Assembly: GCA_964430735.1 (NCBI GenBank)
Contig: CAYSFB010000006.1
Location: 12,089 to 76,088, forward strand
From: an uncultured Planctomycetia bacterium
GTDB lineage: Bacteria; Omnitrophota; Gorgyraeia; 2-02-FULL-51-18; JAGOUK01
Direction: 5' to 3'
DNA length: 64,000 nt
The notes beneath the pieces are model-generated. The model saw only the letters and a program-made list of their open reading frames with translations, did no database searches and was not told where the DNA came from. Numbering within the stretch: position 1 is the first letter of the stretch; the number at the start of each line of letters is the position of its first letter. The position numbers and the translations under genes are program-made. Positions 29,962 to 39,800 of the stretch are shown piece after piece.

Positions 29962-30474
29962 TCAGGCCCAAACGGTCGACTTCGTCTTGAGCACCGCTTC
30001 CTTGACGGGATAGAGCTTCACTTCCGCGATCTCCTCCGGCTTGAACCAGAGCTTGATCTCGCGCTCGGCGTCCTTGGTGGAGTCGGACGCGTGAATGACG
30101 TTCTCGAACACGCCGCGCGTCGTGATGCGGCCGTAGCTGCCGCGGATCGACGTCGGGTCGGCTTCTTCGGGGTTGGTCGCGCCGCACATCTTGCGGACCT
30201 TCTCAATCGCGTTCGGCCCGTAGTAGACCATGACCATCACGCGCTTGGTGTGATACGCGCCGGTCATGTACTTGACGAGTTCTTCGAAGAAGGGCTTGTC
30301 GGTCAGATGGTGATAGTGCTTCTCGGCCATTTCGCGCGTCATCGTCGTCATTTTGGCGGCGATGATTTTGAGTTTGGTTTCGGAGAGGCGCGTGATGATA
30401 TTGCCCGTGAGCGACTTTTTGATGCCGTCGGGCTTGATGATCACCATGGTTGCTTCATTTTTTTCGGTCGACAT
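29962..30474 (-). CDS. ndk: nucleoside diphosphate kinase with a roughly 25-aa C-terminal extension
   Basis: 170 aa. Active-site region NVIHASDS. The extension KPEEIAEVKLYPVKEAVLKTKSTVWA follows the usual C-terminus. Confidence 0.9.
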   Translation of the reverse strand: MSTEKNEATMVIIKPDGIKKSLTGNIITRLSETKLKIIAAKMTTMTREMAEKHYHHLTDKPFFEELVKYMTGAYHTKRVMVMVYYGPNAIEKVRKMCGATNPEEADPTSIRGSYGRITTRGVFENVIHASDSTKDAEREIKLWFKPEEIAEVKLYPVKEAVLKTKSTVWA

Positions 30475-30572
30475 AAATGCTTTGAACCTCTCCTTGGATC
30501 CGTCGTATACGGAAGTTTATTTATAACCTATTATTTTAAGCGATTCGTACCAATAATTTCAATAACCGTTAT

Positions 30573-31412
30573 TTATTCGTCGGCAGTCAAAATACCCAGC
30601 ACCCGGTTCAAATCCTCCTGGGAAAAATACTCGATCACGACCTTGCCCCGCTTCTTCCCCTGCAGAATGCGCACGCGCGTGCCAAAACGGTGCTGAAGCT
30701 TCTCTTCAATGCTGGCCAGATGGATGTCCTTCTTCCGGCGGACCGGAGCGGCGGCGCCTGCGCCGAGAATCCGCGCGGCCATTTCCGACTGCCGGACCGA
30801 AAGGCCTTTCTTGAGGATCTTGTCGCAGAGCTTGTTCTGTTCTTTTTCGTCCTCGAGCATGAGCAGGCTCTTGGCGTGACCCATGCTGATGAGGTTTTCT
30901 TCGAGGTGGCGCTGGATTTTGGCCGGCAGATCCAGGAGGCGCAGCGTGTTGGCGACGGTGGCGCGGTCTTTGGAGACTTTGGCCGAGATCTGCTCCTGCG
31001 TCAGGTTGAATTCCTGCGAAAGCCGCTTGTAGGCGCGGGCTTCTTCGATCCGGTTCAACTCTTCGCGCTGAACGTTTTCGATCAGCGAGAGCTCCAAAAC
31101 GTTTCCGTCGTCGACGTTCTTGATGATCGCGGGAATTTCTTTGAGCCCCAACAGCTTCGCGGCCCGGAACCGGCGCTCGCCGGCAATGATCTCATATTTG
31201 GCGCCTTTTGCACGAACCAGGATGGGCTGGATAACGCCCTTTTCCTTTATAGAGGCGGCCAATTCCTTCAGTCGGTTTTCGCTGAAGTAGAGACGCGGCT
31301 GAAACGTGGATGCCTCCAGACGATCCAACTCGAGTGTTTGAACCTTTTCCCGTTCCGCAGGAGCCGCCGGAATGAGCGAAGAGAGGCCTCTTCCTAATAC
31401 ACTTTTTTCCAT
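30573..31412 (-). CDS. parB: chromosome partitioning protein ParB
   Basis: 279 aa. ParB box GERRFRAAKLLG. HTH present. Confidence 0.9.
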   Translation of the reverse strand: MEKSVLGRGLSSLIPAAPAEREKVQTLELDRLEASTFQPRLYFSENRLKELAASIKEKGVIQPILVRAKGAKYEIIAGERRFRAAKLLGLKEIPAIIKNVDDGNVLELSLIENVQREELNRIEEARAYKRLSQEFNLTQEQISAKVSKDRATVANTLRLLDLPAKIQRHLEENLISMGHAKSLLMLEDEKEQNKLCDKILKKGLSVRQSEMAARILGAGAAAPVRRKKDIHLASIEEKLQHRFGTRVRILQGKKRGKVVIEYFSQEDLNRVLGILTADE

Positions 31413-31432
31413 ATTAACACTCCTAACTTCTA

Positions 31433-32206
31433 TTATTGCAATATGTTCTGTACTTCGCCCAAGAATTCTTTTGTGAATTCCTCGTATTTTTTGCTTGCGA
31501 CAGAATCTTTATCGTATCGCATAATCGGTTTGCCGAATCCGGGGGCTTCGCTCATTTTGACCGACCGCGGAATCACCGATTGATAAACTTTTTCGCCAAA
31601 ATGCTTCCGGACCTCTTGAATGACTTGCTCGGTGAGTTTGGTCCGGCCATCGGCCATCGTCATGAGAATTCCTTCGATATGCAAACTAGGGTTCAAATTA
31701 TCCCGTACCAGATCGATGGTTTTGACCAGCTGGCCCAAGCCCTCCAGGGCGTAGTACTCACACTGGATCGGAATCAGAACAGAGCCGGCGGCGGTAAGCG
31801 CATTGATCGTGAGAATGCCTAGTGACGGCGGACAATCAATAATGCAATAGTCAAATTTGTCAGCCAAAGGAGCAAAAGCCCGTTTTAATCGGCCTTCGCG
31901 ACCCATTTCGTTCACAAGTTCGATTTCTGCGCCCGTTAGATTGATATTGGAGGGGACGAGCCACAGATTCTCGATCTGCGTCTGAATCATGATCTCTTCT
32001 ACGGGCTTATGCTGGAGAAGGATGTCGTAAGCAGACTGCTGGATGGTATTTTTGTCGATACCCAAGCCGCTGGTGGCATTTCCTTGTGGATCCAAGTCAA
32101 CCAGAATGGTCTTTTTACCGGCAAGTCCTAAAAAACTCGCCAGTGTGATGGAGGTTGAGGTCTTTCCAACGCCGCCTTTTTGATTACAAACTGAGACTAT
32201 TTTCAT
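31433..32206 (-). CDS. parA: chromosome partitioning ATPase ParA (Soj)
   Basis: Starts at the internal Met (MKIVSVCNQKGGVGKTSTSI...), deviant Walker A. Confidence 0.9.
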   Translation of the reverse strand: MKIVSVCNQKGGVGKTSTSITLASFLGLAGKKTILVDLDPQGNATSGLGIDKNTIQQSAYDILLQHKPVEEIMIQTQIENLWLVPSNINLTGAEIELVNEMGREGRLKRAFAPLADKFDYCIIDCPPSLGILTINALTAAGSVLIPIQCEYYALEGLGQLVKTIDLVRDNLNPSLHIEGILMTMADGRTKLTEQVIQEVRKHFGEKVYQSVIPRSVKMSEAPGFGKPIMRYDKDSVASKKYEEFTKEFLGEVQNILQ

Positions 32207-32214
32207 AGGGTATT

Positions 32215-32230
32215 TGTTCCACGTGGAACG
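32215..32230. promoter_or_regulatory. parS centromere-like site (tGTTCCACGTGGAACg)
   Basis: 14-bp perfect palindrome GTTCCACGTGGAAC, 9 nt upstream of the parA start. Matches the parS consensus TGTTNCACGTGAAACA with two mismatches, one in each half-site (C for T, G for A), so it stays palindromic. Confidence 0.6.
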
Positions 32231-32320
32231 TTTATGCACCTTGTGTACTAAGTGTGAATTGTGGGAACTATATCAAAAGTTTAAATACAGGTCTAGTAAT
32301 TTTGTTATCTAGAAGCCGCC

Positions 32321-32340
32321 GTTGTTCCACGTGGAACAAC
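32321..32340. promoter_or_regulatory. parS centromere-like site within a 20-bp perfect palindrome (GTTGTTCCACGTGGAACAAC)
   Basis: Read directly. Lies immediately 3' of the mnmG stop, in the slot where rsmG would normally sit. Confidence 0.65.
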
Positions 32341-32343
32341 GCT

Positions 32344-34167
32344 TTAGCTGGATGAAGAAGAGCGAGAGAGCTTTTCGACGACGATCGATAGAATCGAAAT
32401 ATCGGAAGGGCGGATGCCGGAGATTCTGGAGGCTTGGCCGATAGTTGCAGGACGGATATGAATGAGTTTTTCACGAGATTCACGGCTCATGCTTTGAATC
32501 GCAGCATAATCCAACGAGGCGGGGATCTTTTTATTCTCAAGATGATGGGCGCGGCCAATCGCTTTGAGTTCGCGGTCGATATATCCTTCATATTTAACTT
32601 CGATGGCCAGCTTAAGGGCTACGTTTTTCGTAATCCCGTCAGGAGCAAGGATACGATAGGCCTCTTCTAAGGGGGTTTCTGGCATTCGGAGGTGCATGAG
32701 AAGGCTTTTGCCTTCATATCGGATACCACTTAGCTTGGCTTTGAAAGTCTGAAGGCTCTCTCGGTCGCTCTCAAAGGCCTGGTAATGGGCCTCAGAAATG
32801 AGCCCCAGGCGGTGCCCATGAGCCATTAAACGCAGATCGGCATTGTCTTGGCGGAGCAAAAGCCGGTGCTCTGCTCGAGACGTAAACATCCGATAAGGCT
32901 CAAGCGTGCCCTTCGTCACCAAATCGTCAATCAAAACACCGATATAAGCTTCGTGTCGCTGAAGAATAAACGGTTCCTCGCCTCGAATCTTAAGCACGGC
33001 ATTGATGCCGGCCATCAGGCCCTGGCACCCGGCCTCTTCATAGCCGGATGTTCCGTTGATCTGGCCAGCCAAATAAAGACCTTCGACTAATTTGGTCTCC
33101 AGAGTCGAATGGAGCTGAGTTGGTTGAACAAAGTCGTATTCCACAGCATATCCAAATCTCATAAGTTCAGCATTTTCAAGGCCTTGTATACTTTGTATCA
33201 TGCGTATCTGTATATCCTGTGGAAGACTTGTGGATACTCCATTGACGTAAACTTCCTGTGTTTGACGTCCTTCGGGCTCCAAAAAGATCTGATGCCGCTC
33301 TTTATCGGCAAATTTGACGACTTTGTCTTCGATCGACGGACAGTAACGCGGTCCGCGGCTTTGGATGCGGCCGGAGTAAAGCGGTGAGCGGTGAATATTT
33401 TCTTTGATAATCCGATGTGTTTTTTCATTCGTGAACGTGAGATAGCACGGCAACTGCTCCTGCGTGATCCGATCCGTTCGGAAGCTGAACGGTTCGGGAT
33501 CCGCGTCACCGGGTTGAGGATCGAGTTTGGAAAAATCGATGGACCGAGCGTTCAATCGACAGGGCGTGCCTGTTTTGAGGCGCAGCACCTCGAATCCGAG
33601 TTCCGCGAGACACGCGGACAAACCGACCGACGGCTTGTCGCCGGCGCGGCCGCCGCCGAAAGAAAGTTCTCCGATGTGAATCAATCCGTTCAAAAAAGTT
33701 CCGGTCGTAATGATGACGGACTTCGCGTGATACAGCGTGTCGATCGATGTCACGACGCCGGTGATGCGACTACCTTCAACGACGAGGCGTTTGACTTCAC
33801 CCATTTTGACGTCGAGCCGATCCTGCGACTCGAGAATATTTTTCATCGTCCATTGATAGAGCTTTTTATCGGACTGCGCGCGCGGCGCCCAGACGGCGGG
33901 ACCTTTTCCCTTGTTCAACATGCGGAATTGAATGCCGGTGAGATCTGTGACGCGGGCCATCTCGCCGCCGAGCGCGTCCATTTCTTTGACGATGTGGCCT
34001 TTGGCGAGTCCGCCGATGGCGGGATTGCAGGACATCTGCGCGATGGAGTCGACGTTCATCGTGAGCATGAGCGTCTTTGCGCCCATGCGCGCGGCCGCAA
34101 GCGCCGCTTCGCAGCCGGCGTGTCCCGCGCCGACCACGATCACGTCATACGTTCCGAGCAAAATCAT
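32344..34167 (-). CDS. mnmG: tRNA uridine 5-carboxymethylaminomethyl modification enzyme MnmG (GidA)
   Basis: 607 aa. FAD motif DVIVVGAGHAGCEAA. Conserved MnmG core. Confidence 0.95.
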   Translation of the reverse strand: MILLGTYDVIVVGAGHAGCEAALAAARMGAKTLMLTMNVDSIAQMSCNPAIGGLAKGHIVKEMDALGGEMARVTDLTGIQFRMLNKGKGPAVWAPRAQSDKKLYQWTMKNILESQDRLDVKMGEVKRLVVEGSRITGVVTSIDTLYHAKSVIITTGTFLNGLIHIGELSFGGGRAGDKPSVGLSACLAELGFEVLRLKTGTPCRLNARSIDFSKLDPQPGDADPEPFSFRTDRITQEQLPCYLTFTNEKTHRIIKENIHRSPLYSGRIQSRGPRYCPSIEDKVVKFADKERHQIFLEPEGRQTQEVYVNGVSTSLPQDIQIRMIQSIQGLENAELMRFGYAVEYDFVQPTQLHSTLETKLVEGLYLAGQINGTSGYEEAGCQGLMAGINAVLKIRGEEPFILQRHEAYIGVLIDDLVTKGTLEPYRMFTSRAEHRLLLRQDNADLRLMAHGHRLGLISEAHYQAFESDRESLQTFKAKLSGIRYEGKSLLMHLRMPETPLEEAYRILAPDGITKNVALKLAIEVKYEGYIDRELKAIGRAHHLENKKIPASLDYAAIQSMSRESREKLIHIRPATIGQASRISGIRPSDISILSIVVEKLSRSSSSS

Positions 34168-34188
34168 CGGAAGTTCCGCGGTTCGGGA

Positions 34189-35823
34189 TTACGCAGCGAC
34201 GGCGGGAACGGGATTGGTTTTTTTGAGGAAGGCCTGATACCCGGTCATGACCAGCGTGTTCGTAAGCCAGTAGATCACGAGGCCGGACGGCATCTGGTAA
34301 AAAATGAATCCGAAAATGATCGGCATCACGGTCATCATGATCTTCTGCTGCTGCGCCATCGCGGGATCCGCGGAGGCCATTGCGCCGGCCGTCATCTTCT
34401 GCTGGACCACCATCGCGCCGACCATGATGAGCGGCAGCAGATGGATCGAGTTTCCGATCAGCGGCAGTTCGAACGGCAGCGGAATGCGGTCCGGCGACGC
34501 GAGGTCCTTGGCCCAGAGAAATGTGCTGCCGAGCAATTCCGGCGCCTTGGACAAGGCGACGTAAAGTCCCATGAAGATCGGCATCTGCAGCAGCATCGGC
34601 AGGCAGCCGCCCATCGGATTCACCTTGTGCTTTTTGTACAACTCCATCGTCGCTTCGTTGAGCTTGGCGGGGTTGTCCTTGTGCTTCTCGCGGAGCTTGA
34701 GCGCTTCGGGCTGGACCATCTGCATCCGGCGCATCGACATGAAGCTGGTCTTGGTGAGCGGCATCAGCAGGATGTTCGTGAGAATCGTGAGGAGAATGAT
34801 CGCGACGCCGTAGTTTTTCACAACGCCCGCCAGCATGTGCAGACCGCCGAGCAGAATCTTCGCGATAAAATCCATTTTGCCGAAGTTGACGATGCGGTCG
34901 AGTCCGAACGGCGTCATGTCTTCGACGCGGTTGGGACCGAGGTACCACACAAATCCATCGCGGAGCGTTTCGCCCGGCTGCAGCAGCGTTTCGGAGCGGA
35001 CGAGATACGAGCCGAAGTCCTTCTTGTCATATGCTTCCACATGCGCCGAAAAAGTTCCGGCCGTCTGCGCGGGTTTGAACAGGCTCGAGAAGTGGCGGTT
35101 CTTCATCGACGCGGCGATCACCGGTTCGTTGAGCGTCTTGGGTTTGTCCACGCCGGGACGGCGAATGTGCTGAAGCTTCGCGGCGGTGAGCCAGTTGGCT
35201 TCGATGTACTGCTCGTCGATGCTGTTGTGGCTCACCGGATGCGAGCCGGTCAGGATCCGGTAGCGCACGCGGACGGGAGCCTCGGAACGGTTTGTCACTG
35301 CGACCGAAAGTCCGTGTCCGTATCCTTCGACCGCGAGGTTCCAGGTTTTTTCGACATGAATTTTTCCGTTGTCTGCTGAAGAGCGTATCGTGCGACCGTC
35401 GCGCGTCGTCGTGTAGGTCAGGTCCGAAACGGTTTGAGAATCCGCCAGCAGGTTGTCGATCGAACCGACGCCAGTCCGGCCGGAAGCGGACTTAAGAAAA
35501 AGGTATGCGCCGCCGGTATTGTCCGGATAACCGGTGAAGCGCACTTCGGTGAACGTGCCCTGGTTTGCGGAATAGACGAACTCATATCCGGGCGCGGTGA
35601 CGGAAACCGACTGGTCCGGTTGAACGGAAGATGCGGCCGATCCGGCCGGCATGGGCGTCAGTAAAGCAGGTGCAGTGGTCCCGGTCAGCGCAGACTCGGC
35701 CGCATTTTGCACGGCGGCTGTTTTGGGCTTGCCGTATTCCGGATAAAAGTATTCAACCGCTTTGGTGTAGCCGAAAAATACGACGAAAGAAAGAACAATG
35801 GCGATGAGGGCGCGCTTTTCCAT
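34189..35823 (-). CDS. yidC: membrane protein insertase YidC
   Basis: Starts at the internal Met (MEKRALIAIVLSFVVFF...). Periplasmic domain and C-terminal five-TM core (GGCLPMLLQMPIFMGLY...YWLTNTL). Confidence 0.9.
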   Translation of the reverse strand: MEKRALIAIVLSFVVFFGYTKAVEYFYPEYGKPKTAAVQNAAESALTGTTAPALLTPMPAGSAASSVQPDQSVSVTAPGYEFVYSANQGTFTEVRFTGYPDNTGGAYLFLKSASGRTGVGSIDNLLADSQTVSDLTYTTTRDGRTIRSSADNGKIHVEKTWNLAVEGYGHGLSVAVTNRSEAPVRVRYRILTGSHPVSHNSIDEQYIEANWLTAAKLQHIRRPGVDKPKTLNEPVIAASMKNRHFSSLFKPAQTAGTFSAHVEAYDKKDFGSYLVRSETLLQPGETLRDGFVWYLGPNRVEDMTPFGLDRIVNFGKMDFIAKILLGGLHMLAGVVKNYGVAIILLTILTNILLMPLTKTSFMSMRRMQMVQPEALKLREKHKDNPAKLNEATMELYKKHKVNPMGGCLPMLLQMPIFMGLYVALSKAPELLGSTFLWAKDLASPDRIPLPFELPLIGNSIHLLPLIMVGAMVVQQKMTAGAMASADPAMAQQQKIMMTVMPIIFGFIFYQMPSGLVIYWLTNTLVMTGYQAFLKKTNPVPAVAA

Positions 35824-35833
35824 GAGGAGATTC

Positions 35834-36064
35834 CTAGCGTTGGGTCTTCCGGGGGGCTGGAACCGGATCAAATCCGAACGAACCCCAGGGATGGCACTTA
35901 GTTAATCGACGCAATATCAATAAAGACCCGCCCCAAGACCCGTGCGCTTCAATGGCTTGAGAAGCATAATTCGAACAGGACGGCTCAAATCTACAAACAC
36001 ATAACCTGCTGGGGTTAAACAGGTTAGATAATACGAAAAAAAAGATCTTAAAAATTCGTTTCAA
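35834..36064 (-). CDS. yidD: membrane protein insertion efficiency factor YidD
   Basis: 76 aa. [19 protein letters not shown] motif. Confidence 0.85.
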   Translation of the reverse strand: MKRIFKIFFFVLSNLFNPSRLCVCRFEPSCSNYASQAIEAHGSWGGSLLILRRLTKCHPWGSFGFDPVPAPRKTQR

Positions 36065-36402
36065 TTTATCTTACTTTTTTCGACTAACGGTTTCATAACT
36101 GCCAGCACCTCGCCCATTCGGATGGCTTTAGGCGGATCCGATTTAACCGAAAATCGCCACATTTCGGTGAGGGGCGGGTCAAATGCAAGCGCTCGAGCCG
36201 CTTCACGGATGAGTCGCCGGACTCGTGAACGCCGAACACTTTTGGCCACGACTTTCTTGGGGATGCTGATCACCCAGGCATGGCGTCCGATCCGGGGGGA
36301 TCGGTAAAGAACCAGCCAGCCGGATGAGCGCGGCGGCGTCGGACTAAGCAGCGAGCTTATGGCGCCCCTTTTGGCGGCGTTTGGACAGCACTCTGCGCCC
36401 AT
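36061..36402 (-). CDS. rnpA: ribonuclease P protein component
   Basis: 113 aa. RNR motif region ([17 protein letters not shown]). The first in-frame ATG lies inside the rpmH coding sequence in another frame (overlap about 59 nt). The true start is uncertain. Confidence 0.75.
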   Translation of the reverse strand: MGAECCPNAAKRGAISSLLSPTPPRSSGWLVLYRSPRIGRHAWVISIPKKVVAKSVRRSRVRRLIREAARALAFDPPLTEMWRFSVKSDPPKAIRMGEVLAVMKPLVEKSKIN

Positions 36403-36481
36403 CGGCGGTTTTCATTCTCTTGCGGAAACCCGCTTTGCGCTTGCGCTTGACGTTGGATTTATTGCGAAGGTTGTATTTCAT
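36344..36481 (-). CDS. rpmH: 50S ribosomal protein L34 (not in ORF track)
   Basis: Minus-strand ORF ATG at 36479-36481 translating [45 protein letters not shown] (45 aa), stop TAG. Confidence 0.85.
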   Translation of the reverse strand: MKYNLRNKSNVKRKRKAGFRKRMKTADGRRVLSKRRQKGRHKLAA

Positions 36482-36499
36482 GCTCTTTTATCCTGATTG

Positions 36500-36830
36500 T
36501 AAGGCCGGTTAGAAGCGAGAATTATATCACAATTCCAGGCCGTCGCAAACCAAACGCCGAGCAAGAATCACTATCTTTTTTGTATTTTCTCCGACCGAGG
36601 CCCGACCCGGTCGTGTCCTCGTCCGAATGACGACAGTCTAAATAAGTATTATATCTATTAACATGAATCAGATATTATTATTAATTATTTGTTATGGATA
36701 TTGATTAAATAACTCTAGAGTCCATACTTATATTGGAAATAAAATATATGGTTATTAAAGTCCATAAAAATAAGATTTTGCATATTTCATCCTGGGTGAT
36801 GAGCTTTGTCTTCATCTTCCACACCTTGGC
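36500..36830. other. strongly AT-rich tract (rpmH-proximal intergenic region plus the first 100 nt or so of the giant gene): candidate promoter and/or DNA-unwinding element of oriC
   Basis: Runs such as aaataagtattatatctattaacatgaatcagatattattattaattatttgttatggatattgattaaataactc contrast sharply with the GC-rich flanks. Position: between rpmH and dnaA. Confidence 0.5.
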
Positions 36831-39800
36831 AGGAGATGCTGGCGTCGCTTGGGCCGACCTATTCCTGGACGATCAGTCACAATCTGGGCTCATTGACTCC
36901 ACGCTGCGTCCCGATCCAGGCGTGGAAGCCGCTCAAGCGGATGAAGAAGCCGGTATCACACGCTATCCAAGCGGCCGGATCCAGTCCCAAAGAAACGCAG
37001 AAACCGGCGCGATCACTTACTTCGAGGATCGATACCCGGGGCGCATCAGCCAGGTGGAATATCCGGACGGAACCATGGAGGTGGTCAAGGCATATGATGC
37101 GGTCACGAACGAAGCCAAAACGGTCGAGCGCTACGATGCGGATGGCGCTCTGCTTCACCGTATCGACTATGAATACACGTCCGTGAACGGGACGGTTCAA
37201 GTCGCGGCATCGGTGCGCGGACCATCGGGCACGACGCCTTATTCGCTGACCTATGTCAAAGATGAGAACAATGTCGTATCAATGAAAAAACTGGAGGTGT
37301 TCGGCGCATCCGGACCCGGGGCGGATTTGGCGAGTCTCATGAATGCTACCGATCATCAGAACTCGCCGCTTCCTGGAGGCTGGTCTGCAGTGACAAATGG
37401 TTACTTCGTTCCGGATAAAATTTCTTTTGAGATTCTGCCGGACGATACGGTGGATCTCGTTTATTCCCGCGGGCCCCTCGTGCCGGTCGAAACGCGAAAC
37501 AGCTGGAATGCCGCCGCCAGCACGTTCACGACCAGCTTCGACCTCGAGATCAGCGGCCGCCCGGACCTTGGCCTCATAACGACCGATTGGTCGATCGCAC
37601 TGACGTCTTCGGGAAGCGTTTATTTGCCTTTTTTGCTTAAGACGATCACCACGGACTTTGTCATGGACTTCGGTTTTAACGGCGGTATGGGCAAAGCCCA
37701 TGAAGTGGGTCTTCTCAACTACGATCAGCGAGGATTGATCACGGAGACGACCAACGCTCAGCTCCTCTACGACGCAGACGGTAAGCTGCTCGCGGAGAGC
37801 GGGCAGCGGCTCACTTACGGTTACTCGACCTATCAGCCGAACGACCAGCCGCAGATTCTTCTGACCAGCGTCACGCGCCTCGACCTTGCGGGTCCTTCCC
37901 AACAAACTGTCAGCCGGGAATTCGTCCAGGTCGGAAATGATCTGCGTGTATCCGAGATCCACCATGCGGACGGACGGACGGTCCTGTATGACTCTTTGGG
38001 CCGCGTCTCCGAAATGCGCTTCGCCGATGGGGCCATCGAAAAAATCTTGCTCTACGAGGGAGATTCCTCCCGGATCCTCGCAGCCGAACGCCGCAACGCC
38101 CGGGGCGTCGTCACCCACAGACTCGGTTACATTTACTCCACGGTCCAGGGGGTCGAATACACCACCGTGAATGTCCAGGGGCCCGATGCGACCACCGGCT
38201 ATAGTTTTACCTACTTCCAGAATTCCTCCGGCTCCACGCAGCTGGCCAGGTTCGATCTCACAACCCGGCCGGAAGGGTTTAAGGATTTTTATCTGGGCTA
38301 TTCCAGCCCTTCTGCTGGCGCCGAACTCAGTCCTGAATCCGGTTTGTATCAAAGATTTGGCTGGGACCTGTTCGGCGGCGGATCTGACACCGTTTTTGCG
38401 GGCAGCACGAGCCTTTCGCTCAACGCCGACGGATCCGCAAATGGCACCGGCGGCTCCGGACAAATCCCCCTGACCGTGTCGTGGGATCCTGGGACCTCGA
38501 CCGTCACGGCCCATCAGAACGCAAAGGTCCTCGGCACGGACTTCTCCGCGGACTGGTCCATCCATTTCACCTCCACCGCGGATTCTTTGATGCCTTTTCG
38601 GATCGATGCGGTGAGCGCCTCCGCTTCCAACGCCGACGGCAGCCGGCAGGGCGGTGTCGTTTATCAATACGATCCCGACGGATTGCTGACGAAAAAGGTG
38701 GTCTCCTCCAAGGACGTGCCGAACGGCCAAAGAGAGACAACCACCGACTACACGTATACGACTTATGAGCTGTCGGGTCGGTCCATCGTTGTTCTGACCG
38801 GATCTGCGCGGCATTATTTGCAAAAGGCCCCGTCCTCCGGAGGGACCGATTACACCGAGTCGACCGGCGCTTCGAGAGAATTCGAAGTGATGGGCAACTA
38901 TCTCGTCACTTCAAAGTTCAGCAGCAGTGAATACATGAGTCCGACCGGTGATTTTTACCATCAATACGACGCTTTGTATGACTACGAGACCATCGACGGA
39001 AAGCCCTATCTCACATCCAGCGCGTATGCGGGAGACGGCCGCGTCCCCGGTCCGACCGCCTTTTTTATCTATACCCCCGAGTCGAGAAGTCTGCCCTTCA
39101 CACAAAATGGCCGCTATGACTATGCGTATGGGGTCGTGAACGGCGAAGTCAAACTTCTGGAGCAAAAGGAACACTTCGAGCTCTTGTCCCAAAACGGCAA
39201 CCTGCTCGTGAACGACACGACGACGACCAGCCAGTACGGTGTCGTCGGCGGCCAAACGGTCCTCCTTGCGTCCACGATGACCCAACGCGCGGAAGTTTCC
39301 AAGGACGGCATCAAGCTCAGCAGCTATGTCGTGGACAACCCGAGGGTCAGCCGATACGCAGTGATCGACGGAAAAACGACCCAGATCATGAGCCGGAACG
39401 CCTATCGTCGCGTCATCACCAACTTGCTGACCTCGGAAGTTTACACAGAGGACAGCATGCGCATGAATGTCCTGAACCGGACCCGGGGCGTGATGCTCGA
39501 GAAGCTGGTCTACACCAGCAACAGTCAGGACATCACGAGGATCGCTCCGGATTTTGACTCCACGCTTGCCGGTCTTCAGCAGGACTACCCGGAACTGTTC
39601 CAGTCGCTGGAACCCGGGTCGTGGGGATACCTTCCTCCCACTGATATAAAAGAATACGACGCCGGCACAGGCAAGCTCGTCAAGATCACCTACGAAAATG
39701 GAGACGTTCGGGAGTTCGATCCGGACGGGTTGGTGAAAAGCTTTTATGAGGCCGCCACCGGCAACAGGACCGAATACATGCCGGACACGCTGAACCGTCC

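Noticed and set aside
36500-36520. Additional DnaA-box-like sequences (TTATATCACA at about 36507, TTATATCCACC at about 42708, TATGGATAT at about 36694).
   Set aside because: Each has two or more mismatches to TTATNCACA in any register, so chance matches in AT-rich DNA are likely. Only the two perfect TGTGGATAA boxes are reported as features.
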